Part shown: positions 37,830-50,578 of the stretch, piece by piece
Position numbering within the stretch: position 1 is the first letter of the stretch
How the letters are laid out: the number at the start of each line of letters is the position of its first letter
Source: Atractiella rhizophila
Lineage: Eukaryota
Direction of reading: 5' to 3'
NCBI GenBank assembly: GCA_021432655.1
Contig: MU271203.1
Coordinates: 62,001-126,000, forward strand
DNA: 64,000 nt
Program-made: the position numbers and the translations under genes
The notes under the pieces: generated by a model
The model's database searches: none
Told to the model about the DNA's origin: nothing
The model's input: only the letters and a program-made list of their open reading frames with translations

Positions 37830-39734
37830 ACAATATCAGCAGCATTCACAAATGCGAACATTTGTCGAAGTAATGTCATGGCGTGGTATGCGATCTGCGA
37901 AACGTGCAGCTTTTAAAAGGGGCAAGTATACCTTCCTGGAAGGCAGGAGTGAAGAGCAATCCGAGCAAAGCGAGAAATCCGACTTAGGCCAGTGATGAAT
38001 GTTAGTTCACGCATTAGAGGGGTCGAGAGGAAATTACATACCAGATAACGCAGCAGCGTGTTGAGTTCCGAATCCAGTGTCTACTGAATCGCGTGCAATG
38101 GCGCAGAATGGTGTGATGGAAGCGATGAGTTGGCAAAGGAAGAATGTAACTGTGTTCTAATCTCAGACATGAAAGGAGAACGGGACCTGACGCACACAGA
38201 AGATTGCAAATCCTGGTGATCGCATTATTGACGTGGGACATTTGTTCGTGTATCGAGGGTTCAGGGGTTTCTGTCCGTGCGAAATCAGCAATAGACAATG
38301 GAAGAAAGAGGTGGACGGACTATAACGAATTTCAGAGGAAAACGCGGGTGATTTTGGAGTGGCAGGAACATGACGAACACCACCCCAAACTGACGCGTGT
38401 CATTCAGCAAATCGTCATGCCCATCAGCAGGGACGACGTACCAACAGAATTGATACCTTGGATGGTCATAATCTGCTGTGATATTCCGTTCTTCGTCGCG
38501 ATGATGTTCAGCTTCTCGGATGAAGTGGAGGACGCGGCATTGATGGATTTGTGGTCAGACGCAACGCTCGGGCTTTTTCCTTCATCCGTGGATGAAGGTT
38601 CGTCGAGCGAAATCGATAACGCATTGTTTTGTTCGTAGGGATCGGAACTGGGAGAGGGGAGAGTGACAGATAACTGTCGCTGTAATCGAATTGACGTGTC
38701 GCGGGCAGCTGATTTGACTTTTCGCTGCATCAACTTTAACTTGATGATTGCTAAAGAGCCAGTTAGTCTTAGCGTTTCCTCGTTAGGTGGACAAAATGTG
38801 TGGAGCGTACATGACAAACAGAATGCCATCCCAGGAAGAGCTATCAGCCAATCCCATCCAGCATAGGTGAAAAAGCGGATCCTAAATCAGATGATAGTCA
38901 GCCATGTGAAAATGGGCAGAGGTATATACAAACTCACCATGGTGGATCAAAGCCGTCACACGCTATGTACGATGGTTGTATCCCATCCTTCGATAACGCT
39001 ACAGACGCAAGGATAACAAACCCCAGGAGGGGATGTCCAAACAAGAGTGGGAGATAACGACGCGGTAACCGGAGCGGCTAACGATTCAGATTCCGTCATG
39101 CGTGATTTATCCTCCATGCTTAGCTGCATGGAAATAAGGAGACTCACGCTACGTGAGAATCGAGAATCAGCACAGAAACCTAATGGAGAGGGAGGGAAGG
39201 AGAGCCACACCGTTCTTCAATCATATTTGGTTTCTCCAAGTTCAACAGCGTGTTGAGTGCGAGGCAGCTCACAGCCGAGACCATGAAGAAAGCGCTGAGC
39301 GAGATTTGGATTCCTACACAAGCTTAGCTACTCCATCGGGGGTGAAATAGAACAAATCCACCTTGCCATTGGCAAAAGCTCTTCGGAAACCGCCTGTGGT
39401 AACGAAAGTGAGCTTCACCGACAAGAACGAAACAAAGTCACGAACTGTGCATCCATGTCCCATATTATCCTGCCAACATCATCAGCGGTGCGAATTCGAT
39501 GTTCAAGAGGCTCGCACGCACCCTAAAGCTACTGCTAGGTTCAAGGAGGTCACTCCTAACCCAAAGACAATAGGCAAGAGGGACCATCCGTGTTTCTTGA
39601 AGAAAACGACTTCGCACACGGCCTCACTACATTATTTCTATGGATGAGAAAAACTCACGATAAAGGACCGCCCAAGTGCACAATGGACCCAATACAGACA
39701 ACACGAAGGCGACCCATGCAACAGGGGATGCCAT
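37830..39734 (-). CDS. Putative 7-TM GPCR-like membrane protein with many short exons (3' end approximate)
   Basis: Manual splicing gives MASPVAWVAFVLSVLGPLCTWAVLY|...PIVFGLGVTSLNLAVALG|...KSFCQWQG|IQISLSAFFMVSAVSCLAL...YIACDGFDPPW|IRFFTYAGWDWLIALPG..., a long Ser-rich loop, then TFFLCQLIASITP...FGTQHAAALS|VGFLALLGLLF. Confidence 0.6.
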
Positions 39735-40407
39735 TCCCTCAACCTCTTCCCACCACCCTTGATTTATCTAGCTCCAAGCTATAACTCCGTATGGAAAGTA
39801 AAACCCTGAATGCTCGATGTCGCTGGGACGGTAAAGCTGGCAAAAGGTAACGAATGACGAAGTGTATTGAGGAGCAGGCGTCTTTAAAAAGGCTCTTTGA
39901 GCCTTCAAACTTTCGAAACCCAGTCCCACACTTGCTTCTAAGTATTGATGCCACGAAGGACTAGCCAGTCTAGCTCCCGATCATCATTTCCTGTCTCCGC
40001 CTGCCTTCCTGCATTTTTCAACTGGGCTTGGCTTTACGTAATGCTCCAAAATGTCCACTGAACATATTAATGAAGGTCACGGCGGTAAGGGAGAAGCTGG
40101 AGCAGAAGAGTGTCTTTTGAACAGTATGAATGAGGCATTGGGAACCAGAGTCAAACGGAGAGTTACCCAAGAAGAGACATTAAATTGCGACGAAACTGAG
40201 GTACCTTGTATCTTGCTACTTGCGAGTCAACTACAACCAACCAAGGAGCATATGTGCAAGATTTTATGCGAAGCAATAAGACCACCTTCCCTCACCCTAA
40301 AAATTCAATAGCATAGGAGAAACAAACAAACCGTGTGCTTCAGTGAAGTAATATCAAAGTGAATGAATCCAAAACCATTGACCTAACCGCCACTCCCTCC
40401 TTCCAGT

Positions 40408-41181
40408 TTACATGAGGGCCACTCCAGCGGCAACAGCTCCAATGAGAAGCATCGAAGCTTTATTCGATAGGGCTCCGCTGCCTCCCTGAGAAGAGACGGT
40501 GCTAGTGGGAGCTGGAGCAGAGGTAGAGGCGGAAGATGTTTCAGCAGATGAAGAGCTGCTGGTAGTGGTGGACTCAGACGATTCTGAGGAAGAGGTGGTC
40601 GTGGGTGTTCCCTAATCCCGTCCAAAACAGGAGACTTAGAAATTTACTACGATCTATGACAGAAGAAGGCACACCGTGGTAGCACCCCCAGTCACGGTCG
40701 CTCCAGGAGGGATGTTGACATCAACACCAACACTCTATATTGAACAAGAACGTTAATGCCGCATTAAAAGAGACGGGCGGCGCACCTTGCAGAATTCGAT
40801 TCCATAGGTGAGACCAGCTTGAGCGTCAGAAGCTGAGCAAGCGGAGTTGAAGCACGTGATGGCCATGGTCAGGTAATCTAGAACGCGTCCAATCAGCGTC
40901 TTCTGTGAGGCTAATGAAGGAAAGAACGGACTGTCATTCTTGCACAGGCAGACGTAGTCGTTAGAGGCACATGCACCGCTTGCGACTGTTTGGGAAAGAG
41001 CATTCCCAAGACACGTTTGAGGGCAGGCAGGAGGCAGTTGGATACCTTGTCTCTTTGTGATAACTGCAGGTAGAGGATCATTAAGGAGAGCTCGTGTGAT
41101 TAAAGAGGGAGACCAACCGAATCCTTGGACGGTGGCGGCGATGGAAAGAGCAACAAATGTGGCGAAGACCTTGGCTTGCAT
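40408..41181 (-). CDS. CFEM-domain secreted/GPI-anchored protein
   Basis: Signal peptide; 8-Cys pattern PPACPQTC...C...DYVCLC...C...C...FC; Ser/Thr stalk; hydrophobic C-terminus LLIGAVAAGVALM*. Confidence 0.88.
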
Positions 41182-41352
41182 CTATTGCCACAATTGAGAC
41201 TTCAGTTCCAACTTCAACACAAAGGGGAGGCGGACATACTTTGAAGTAATGAGTTACAAAGTACGAATGATTGGAGGAAGGACTGGAAGTTGCGAACCGG
41301 AAATCTTTCGAGGACTGATTCTGAAGAAAGAAGAGGACAAGCGAGAAGGGGC

Positions 41353-41361
41353 TTTTATATA
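41353..41361 (-). promoter_or_regulatory. TATA box of the CFEM gene
   Basis: TATATAAAA on the minus strand about 170 nt upstream of the ATG, followed by a pyrimidine-rich tract. Confidence 0.55.
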
Positions 41362-42004
41362 CTTTCTGGAGCAGTCATAAACTCGTAACCCAATTCGAGA
41401 TGCATTCCCTCCGGAAGAAGTGAATGAGTTTCGATCGGAGGAACGGAATCGATAAGAACCTTTCATGACCTTTGCAAACAATTCTTTAGCTTCAGAGAAG
41501 CACATCGAACGCGAGGAAAATCTTCTTACGTTTCCAGGCAATTTCGAGGTCAAAGGCAAAGTTTCAAAGGGAAGGCTCTATATGATCTTTGTTTGTTCCG
41601 GTTTGGGATTGGGTTGGTAGATCACCTCGCGTGTTGAAACGTGACACAGTTAGATCCTGATCTCATTGTTGGTGAGTTTCCACTGTTATGGACTTAACTT
41701 TGTTGGTGCTGCATGTTGAAATGGCAGAAGAAGAAATCGATACATTTCGTGACAAAAGCGGTTAGGCTTCTCAGGAATGAACCGAGATCGATTGTCAACC
41801 TCTGGAAATGTCCTATCCCTTGAATGTACCATTGATGAATTGGGGTGAATGGCAGGAAGGAGGGTGGGAAGGGAATGGAATTTGAATAGCAGGCGTCAAG
41901 GAGTTCGATGGAGCTCGAAGGAGCTATGGATTGATTGATTCAAATAATGGAATACAATACTTTATATCATTCATAATTGTTCAACAAGTTCTATTCAATC
42001 GAGA

Positions 42005-45000
42005 TTACATTTCTTGAGCAGCTCTCCATACAAACACTCCATCAACCATTTGTGCATCGGTATCCACAAGTTCTGCACCCTTAGATGGTCCAAACGTTGT
42101 CACAAGAAGCCCCTGTTCCTTGATACTCTCTATTAACGATGGGACTCGGATCTAGGCGGGTGTTCAGATACCGAACCTCATTGAAGGAAGCAAAATGCGA
42201 ACAATGATAGTCTCGTCTAAAACAACTCCAAGCAGATTGTTTGACTTCGCAAATTTGACTGCCTCCTTAATACTCGTACAGCGACGGTCTACTTCAAGCC
42301 GATTAGCAGGAAGCATTTCTCCTGGTGGACTGGAGCGTGACAATCCACAATGAGTAGCAAAAAAGACGGCATCTATATTTGCGATGCCATTAGTGGCGCT
42401 GGGAGAATGGAAGGGAAGAACGAACAGTTTGGCTGCTTCCAATTGAGGGTTGTGCAAATAAGAGGATTAAAGGACGAGAACATTATGTCTCTCGATTTCT
42501 TCTCCTCAGCCAGAGGGCGGTAAACCACATTGAGAACGGAATTAACAAACTCGTTGACGTCGAGGGTACTGCGTAATTTGAGTCGAGCGACATCCGATTT
42601 CGTGGGGTATCGAAACTCCAAATTCAACCTGAAGGAACTCGGAAGGACCTATCTCAACTATAAATGAGCGTTTCTAAGTACGAGCAGGAAGCGAGACCCA
42701 CGTCGATGAGAACCTGTAGAGGAACCAAAGACTCCTTGATAACTTTACACCACTCCCTGGCATCCGACTGATCTTTTACGAGCGCTGTTGAAAATTCACG
42801 GCCGGTATCCTTCGCAAGTCTAAGAAACTGCTCAAGGGTGAGATCAGCCACTTGGACAGTCGCAACGTCAATAGGAAGCTCCCATAACGGGAACGCAACT
42901 GGTACACCATCGGAAGTGACCTGTATGATGATTTGAATATATTCGCCATGCAGAGAGGAAGCTGTGACGACGGAGGCAGCATTGGAATGGGAAGGAGCAA
43001 GGGAGTGAGGAACATCGTCTCCCCTTCCTGTGCCGGAGGTCAAGGCTTTCGTGGACTTCCAGTATGTCTCTATCCGTCCACCAATCTCGAGTTGAGCTGC
43101 GAGGAACGGCCGGACTATTGAAAGCTCGAAGGCAATCTCCCCGATAACTTTGAGATGAGAGTCCACAAGGGGAATCACGAAGCCTTGCTGGCTGACCACC
43201 TGTTTGAACAAGCTCGGCAAGGCGACTCCTTTCCCGATGATCTTCGAACCAAAGGTCGGATAGACGTCGAACTCGAGGTAAACTTCTTCCAAAGAGTTGA
43301 CTTGGAAGTCGAAAACCTCCCTCTCATCTGCGAGAGGAATAATCACAGAATGCGGTATAGCAAGCGGATCAGGTCGAGGAGTGATGACGAGCTTGAGGGA
43401 GAAAATCTCGCTGCTGCGAGAGTAGAACCGCACCGGAGGAGCATGTGGAAGCCGAGTTGTATTTGGATGCCCAAGGGTGAGCTGTAATAAAGATTTGCGC
43501 TCAAGATAGTTATGACCGTAGATACGAAAAGGGATGATCGGCGGGGGAAGGAGGAGAGATGGGATGTTGTCCGGTTCCAAGTCCATCTGCTCAAACCCTT
43601 GAGAGCCCGTCGAAGCCGTGGCATCGCTAACTTGATGAGCGTCGGGAGGAGAAACTTCATTGAAGAAGTCTACCGAGCTTCTCTTCTCGGACGCTACTAC
43701 CGGCTGGGCGAGGAGCAGGAGGTTGAGAGAATCGATGTTAGACTGCCAAGCTGCATAGTGAATTGCAGTCTTGCGCATTTCGTCCAGAAGATTGAGGTTC
43801 GCTCCGGCTTGTATTAGGGTCCTAACGCAATCTGGTCTACCTTCGCTAGCGGCGTGAAAGACAGGAGTCCAGTTCTGATACTTGTCAGGAACATCGACAA
43901 TTTTGGACGCCCCTCGCTTCAGAATGAGAAGTTCCAATACTTTGACATGACCTTGACGAGCGGCGAGATGTTGAGGATACAAACCTTCTGGGTTAAGAGA
44001 GAGGGGAACGTCATTGTCGAGAAGCAGCTCGACAATATCTTCATGACCGTGCTGACACGCAAGGGAGAGGGGATTGAGGTCTGTGGGATCACGCGGAACG
44101 AAAAATACACCTTTTTCCAGAAGTTTGCGGATGCAAGAGGTCCTCCCGTTCGTGATAGCATAGATCATCGCGCTGTAGCCATCGAAATCCATGAGGTGAG
44201 GGTCCGCTCCTCGTTCAAGCAAAAGATCGAGAACGCTGTCGAATCCCTTCATCGCAGCATAGTGGACCGCCGTGCGTCCATACGCATCGGGAGCAGCAAT
44301 AGGCACGCGCTTAGTATCGGACAGGCAAAGTTCTGCGAGAGCTAGCCTGCCGGTATTGGCAGATAAGTGCAGAGTTGTGCGATTGTTAATATCGTCGACA
44401 AAAGCAAAATCGAGGAGTTCGATAGGGATGAGATGGACATTAGGGCGAAATTCGGTTGGTTCTTCCAACGCAGCTTTCCAAAGGATCCTTTGAACCTGAT
44501 TCTTCGATTCTGGAAGCTTCTCCGCAACTTCTGAAAGCTGACTCAAAACTTCCTTGATGAGACTGTGATCGTCTCCTCGGACAGCTTCTACCAGGGTCGT
44601 CTCAATATCCTCAAGCTCGTTGCCGCCTTCACGACCTTGATCATCAAAACAGACTGTGCTGATGATCATGTGCAACGGCCGAACGGCTCAAGGCCGGATC
44701 CTCGTCCATCAGAGCATCTTCTCCAGGTAAAGCCTGACCGTCTTCCGTATCACTCTTCTCTATCAGCCTCTCAAGGTCTGATATATTAGCAGCAGCGATA
44801 TCATTGAGCTTGGTCAACTCATCGCGATTAAACGCAGGCTGAACTTCGACTTGACGAGAGATGTACAGCTCCTTCGTCGTCGATTTGGAACGCTTATCGA
44901 ACTTCTTGAGTATTTTTCGAAATGCAGTGGCGTTGAGGTCGATATATTGCTACGAATGCGAATTGATTAGCTACTGCTTCCGCAAGCGAACCAGAAAAGC

Positions 45001-45583
45001 AGCCCAAGCGGCCACACGAACAAATATCGAGAACTCGAAAGCAAACCCATTACCTTGCAAAAGCACTAAGTTCAGACTTTGGGAGAGCTCTCACCTGAAA
45101 TCTGGCCAGATCTCTTTCAAAGTTCTTGAATCCTTCGTAAAGAGCTAACCAGCCTGAGTTCTCCTTGCTGATCCTAACTCCTCTCCTCCCCCTAGCTAAG
45201 ACCTTCCGCTTTTCCACCAGTGTCCTCAGCCGCATCTGCAACTCAGACTGCTTCAAAGCGTAAAAGTGATTGATTCTATCTAGCTCTCGTTCGACTTTGA
45301 AGAAGAATGGAGCAGCTGGAATGGCAGAGGTAGCGGAAACTGGAGGTTGGGAAAGGGGAGACTGAGTGAGGACTTCAGAAGCTGCATCGTTGATAGTGGG
45401 AGAATTGCTGGAAGCGGTAGATAGGTTATTGATAACCTTTTTAAGCCCTTTATAATCGACATAATGGTTCGCCCATCCAGGTATCCGCTGAGACTGTAGC
45501 TGTTTTCCAAACTTCATTCTTTCGATTTTTTCATCAGAGTCCATATCTTAGCTGCTGTCAGACGAGAAAATACTCACTTTCAT
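42005..45583 (-). CDS. PHO81: SPX-ankyrin-GDPD-like CDK inhibitor Pho81/Nuc-2
   Basis: SPX motifs MKFGK, YVDYKGLKK and LNATAFRKILKKFDKRSK; ankyrin repeats; LPPPIIPFRIYGHNYL. The GDPD-like region is degenerate (VTASSLHGEY...QVTSDGVPV, no HRG motif), which favours Pho81 over Gde1. Confidence 0.88.
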
Positions 45584-46002
45584 GGCACGACAGCTTCAAG
45601 CTTGAGTTTGCACCTGTCTCGATCGTATTCCTCGCTCCTCGCGCTTGCAGCTAGATCCAAAAGGGAGGAACGTGTTTAGTTTGTCCGAACGGAGCAAAGT
45701 TATAACTTTGCACAAAGACGAGCAATCGCTGTCTGACGACAGTCAACTCCAGTGACGAAATTGAACGAAATCCTGAACGAAAACTCCTGCTTCTGCTTCT
45801 TCCTCAGAACACCTACGACGGCCTCAAACTTACGCTCTGAAAGCTGAAAGAGTGGACGGTCTGCTGTAACACGACATCTGTCTGTAAGTTTGAGATGCCG
45901 AAAAATTGCCAAGTTCCAGTGTTTCTGATCATGAGCTTGCAGGATTCTCCGACATAAAACTGGATACGAACGTCCAAGACAACCTACAAAATACCTTCCA
46001 AA

Positions 46003-47165
46003 ATGCCTCTCGAAATGCCTGAAAGAATGCACAGAGAAGAGCTGGAGAAAATGCTCAAGAAAGCAGGCGAGAAAGCGCGTTACAATGCGAACGATTCTGC
46101 TTGGATGTATCCTCTCCAAGTCTGTCTTTCCTGCTGACGTGTTCCTTCTCCATGCTGATACTGAGCGACTATCAGGGAATCGTTTACTTTGCGCTCCATC
46201 CTGTCCTCTACCGCGCCGCGAAGACACCAATCCTAAGGCAACTCGCGCTCAACTCGGTGGTCATTGGCACCATGTTTGTCTTCTTCTACCTGCCTCAAGT
46301 GGCCATCATGGCACTCTTTAGTGGACCGCTTGGTGAGTGCAAGGTGCTGAAAGATGGCTTGTATTCTGACGAAGCAAAAAGCATTTGTTTCTGCTGTTCC
46401 TGTCGTCCTGGCGGAGTCCTCCGTCATCGTGAAGCTAATCCAACGCTTCTTCTTCGACCTCCATCAACAGGAAACCTTGGACTATATCTTCGATGAGGTA
46501 CATCTTCTTCCTCTTCGCGAAATTTTTATAGACGGTGAGTAGACACTGGCGCAAGAAGGCTTCATTACGCTCGCATCTCAAGGCCACGACCCACTGCCAG
46601 CGCCTGGACCAGAAGGTCAGCTCCTTGGCAAGCGCAACGTCCCCTCTCCTCCTCCTCGCAAGGTTTCCGGTCTCTTGCGGTACCTCGTCTCCTTGCCGTT
46701 GAATGCAATCCCAGTTGTCGGAACCATCCTATTTGCGATATGGAACGGAAGGATGAGCGGCGCTGACTGTCACAGGAGGTATTTCCAGCTGTTGAGATTT
46801 TCGGATGAGAAGAAGAAAGAGGCGAAGGAAAAGAGGATGAGGGCTTATACCGCGTTCGCCTCATTTTATTTATCGGTACCAGGGTGTTCTGAATTGGGCA
46901 CCAGGTTCGGAACCACAGTTAACCTGCTGAATATCGTTATCCCTTTCGGTTCTGTCATCACCAGGTAAGCTCCTCCCTAGGTTTCTTCCAAAGTAACTAA
47001 ACGTTCCGTTTCCACAGCTTTACTTCTACGGTTGGCGCTGGTTCGTATCCTCACAAATATCTATCTCAGAGTTCCAGCGCTGACAATTGTATAGCACTTT
47101 GGGCTATTGACCTCGAGAAAGAGAAAGGACTTGGGGTTGCTCCTCCTCCCACCAAAACAGACTGA
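46003..47165 (+). CDS. EI24/Rrt8-Lds family membrane protein
   Basis: Motifs WMYPLQ|GIVYF, YLPQVA.MALFSGPL, VVLAES, IFDE|TL, YLVSLPLNAIPVVGT, HRRYFQL, YTAFG and GAALWA. Confidence 0.82.
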
Positions 47166-47428
47166 ACTCTGTGCAAATTCCCATGCCAGCTGTCGGCTGG
47201 TTCACCTGTACATATTGTGCTGCTTGTAGGCTAGGGCGAAAATGAGTGATCTTTCATTGACTGCGGTATGTAAAGAGCCAACGAGGAAATCAGGGCAAGG
47301 ATCGTCCATTATCGACCGCCAGGAAACAAAAGCTAGGAAAGAGTAAAAGAGACAAGAATCCAGTCAATATCTACAGCTTACCCCTCTACTTCAAGAAATG
47401 AACAACCAATTGATTCGGACGAATCGCT

Positions 47429-48566
47429 TTAAGCCAACAAGATGGCGCCGACGGCGACGAGGGCCAAGCTGATCGTTGCCGTCACTGGCACCTTCACGTT
47501 CATCGCTGCAGAGTTGGCAGTGGCGGCGGACACGGTGGAGGGCGTGGTTCCGTCGACGAAGGAAGCTCCGCACTTGTCTGAAGCAGCGGATTTCAGGGTT
47601 GTTGCCTGGTCAGCAGAGATGAGACCGGTGACGGAGTTAATGATCGCTGTATACAGAACCATTAACATTTCTGAATGAGCGCATGAGGAGGTAAGACGAC
47701 AAACCTTTGTCGCAGTCGGTGCAGAGGGTGGAAGCGGGAACCTCTGACAGGGTGTTGATAACGGCATCCGGGGTCTGGAAGAGATTGATGACAAAGTCCT
47801 TGGTGATATCTTTTCCGGTGGAATCTTGAACACCCTGAAGGAAGTTGGTCAAGCAAAAGGTGTTGTTCGAGGTCGCTTGAAGACAAGTAACTTCGCGCAC
47901 TGTGACAGAGAAAAGGTTAGTGCGAATTTTCGAGGGGCAGGCTCTCGGGAGCTCGGATCATGAGGGAGAGGAAACTAACGTTGAGTGTAGTTGGAGGTCA
48001 ACAAGGCGAGGGCCTGAGCTGCCTCGTTACCGCCCTGGATATCAGTCGCGCATCCGCTTGTGATGGCTTGGTTCGCGCTGGTGAGATCGGTCTGGGAGCA
48101 GGGATCAGAGGAGCAGATTCCTGAAATCCAGCTGTTGACGGGCTGGACGACGGAGCTTTCGAAAGGATCGTCAATTATCGCATCGCAGAATGCAGAGTAT
48201 GAAAGGGACTAACCCAGTTGCCGAGACAACTGAGACGAGACCAAGGACGTTGGCGCAGCCTAACAATCTCTTTGGTAAGCTGCAACGAGTGAAAGGAAAG
48301 AGGCACACCTGTCAAAGGAGAGCTGAGGAGGCTGGAAGCAGCAACCTGGAGAAATCAAGGCGCGTTTCGTTAAAGGGTGCTAAAAACGAGGGTGAAACAA
48401 GAGTGCACTGACTTGACAGCCACTGCAAAACGAGCTCGAATCAACGCCCAGTCTACCCTGAACGAAAGACGACGCACCTGGACAATCCGCTGACCAAACC
48501 CTCGAGGTCTTGAGCGTAAACTTTGGCAGAAAGGACTGCGAGAGCGACGAAAGCTTTTCCAATCAT
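47429..48566 (-). CDS. Cys-rich secreted, probably GPI-anchored hypothetical protein
   Basis: Signal-like N-terminus MIGKAFVALAVL; motifs REVTCLQ...FC, LCTDCDK and KCGASFVDG; hydrophobic C-terminal tail. Confidence 0.75.
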
Positions 48567-49187
48567 TGTTTCGGGCTTGGATCGAATTAGGGGATAACGA
48601 CTTTGAGATTCGGTTTATGAGGGGATTCTTCTACACCGTAAGCTGTAAGGGAAAGATGGCGCTGCCGGGTTGCTGGTTAGGCTGAAAGAGAGTAGGTGCT
48701 CTGGTGGTTTGGTTTTTTGGTCTTGAGTGCGCAGCGCCTTGGGGTGTAAAGACCGTATTGCCGCCAGGGACTTTTTTGGTTCCGAAATGGGGGGCAAAAT
48801 TTCGAAAGGAAGGTATCCTTAGACCAAGTTAGACCAGCTTTTTTTGAGGCACATTACAGCTTGTTGATAGGCATATTGTTTCGCTGCCTCGCGAGATGCT
48901 TCCATGGGTTAATGATCTTAAGGGGCCTCGGTTATTGCTCGCCCCCAGTTACGCATTTCCCGACGACACACGACACAAAGACATGGCCTGGAACATTTGG
49001 GAGCTGCCCCTTGAAGCAAACAAGGCGTTACAAGCAGCCAAGGCGAACCAAGCTTCATCCATCGGGTTGAATCAGGTTGAAATCGTCAACCGTGAGCCAA
49101 TTTGAGCAACCGTCTGAGGACGAAATGGTACGAGAAATAAGGTTAGGTTGCCTTGAAACTTCGATCAAGAACAAACCTGGCAACGCA

Positions 49188-49194
49188 TATAAAA
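49188..49194 (+). promoter_or_regulatory. TATA box of the cupredoxin gene (probable 5' UTR intron at about 49244-49420)
   Basis: TATAAAA, then a GTGAGT donor, a CTAAA branch-like site and an AAG acceptor before the ATG at 49468. Confidence 0.5.
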
Positions 49195-49467
49195 GCCTGT
49201 CGCCCTTGTGCTTCTCCCAGAGCCCACTTTGTTCTCAACTTTTGTGAGTTTTCTTTGCGGCGCTGTGGACAAAATTGACGAGTCGTGGGGCAGAGCCAGG
49301 TAGCACTCGTCCTTCCAAGCCCTCGGCAGAGCCACCCTCGTTTCTAGTCCAGCATCGTCCAGGAGACTTTTTCATCCCAGGGGAATCAGATCACTTTCAC
49401 TACTAAACTCTCATCACAAGAAACGATCCTTCATTTCTTCAACTTTTAAAGAAAGTAAAGATTCAAG

Positions 49468-50280
49468 ATGTTGTTCTCTTTCGCAACCTCCCTCCTCATC
49501 GCTTCCCTCGCCCTCGTCAAGGCCGAAGATCACAAGATCGTTGTCGGTGGTTCTGCTGGACTTGTCTTCACTCCCGAGTCCATCACTGCCGCTGTCGGTG
49601 ACACTGTTACCTTCGAATTCCAGACCAAGTGCGTATTTCTTCCCTGGATTTCGGGAAAGAAGATTTAATCAATTTTTTTCCTATAAAGGAACCACACCGT
49701 TACCCAGTCAGCGTTCGCGACCCCCTGCAACCTCCTGACCAACACGACAACCAACGCTGTCGGTTTCAACTCTGGTTTCGTCCCAGTCGCCGCTAACGCC
49801 ACCGCCTTCCCCGCCTGGACACTCGAAGTCACCGTTGCCACCCCCATCTGGTTCTTGTGCGTCTTCTCTCAAATTTTTCTTCACTTCGCAAGTCCTGACG
49901 ACATGCTCTCAATGTAGCTGCGCTCAAGCAAACCACTGTGCTTCTGGTATGGTCGGAGCTATCAATGCCGCCACCACCGGAGCCAAGACCTTCGCTGCTT
50001 TCAAGGCACTTGCCATGGGACAGAACTCAACTGGCACCACCACTGGTGGAACTGCTGCCACAAGCGCCAACGGTGATGGAATCGGAGCCAGTGCGTCTCT
50101 ATCCATTTTTATAAACTCCAGACTGATGTTCTGGGAACAGCCGGAGGATCCGTCACTGGTGGCACCAGCGGTGCAGCCCAGACCAACACGCCAACCTCCG
50201 ACAACTCATCTGCTGGTTCGTTGAAAGTCGGAGTTGCTGGTTCGATCCTGTCCATCGCCGCCGCCGTCCTCCTGCTCTAA
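49468..50280 (+). CDS. Extracellular cupredoxin-fold Ser/Thr-rich protein, probably GPI-anchored
   Basis: Signal peptide; motifs LVFTP..I.A.VGDTVTFEF, NHTVTQSAF.TPC, FNSGF and PIWF.CAQANHCASGMVGAIN (type-1 Cu ligands H, C, H, M). Confidence 0.9.
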
Positions 50281-50578
50281 ACTTCGTTTACATCGTTTAA
50301 CTCTTAGACGAAGGGCTGGTCGGAGTGAATCAGGCGTTGGCTTGATTCAATGTCTTTACTCTTCTTTTCGTATCCTTCAATTCTATGATGAGATGAAGTG
50401 ATCTGTTTCTCGTTTGTGATCTGGCATGCAATCGCAATGGGCTTCGTGGTTAACCTGGCACTTGTCGACTGGTCCCTTTTCGCTTATACCCTTCCAGGTC
50501 CCACCAGTGAAAGAATTGAACAAAACATCAAACTTTACAATCGATAACTAAGTATCAAAAATGACATTCAACTTGAAA

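Noticed and set aside
42005..45583. GDE1 as an alternative identity
   Set aside because: The catalytic GDPD HRG motif is absent, and the degenerate pattern matches Pho81/Nuc-2.
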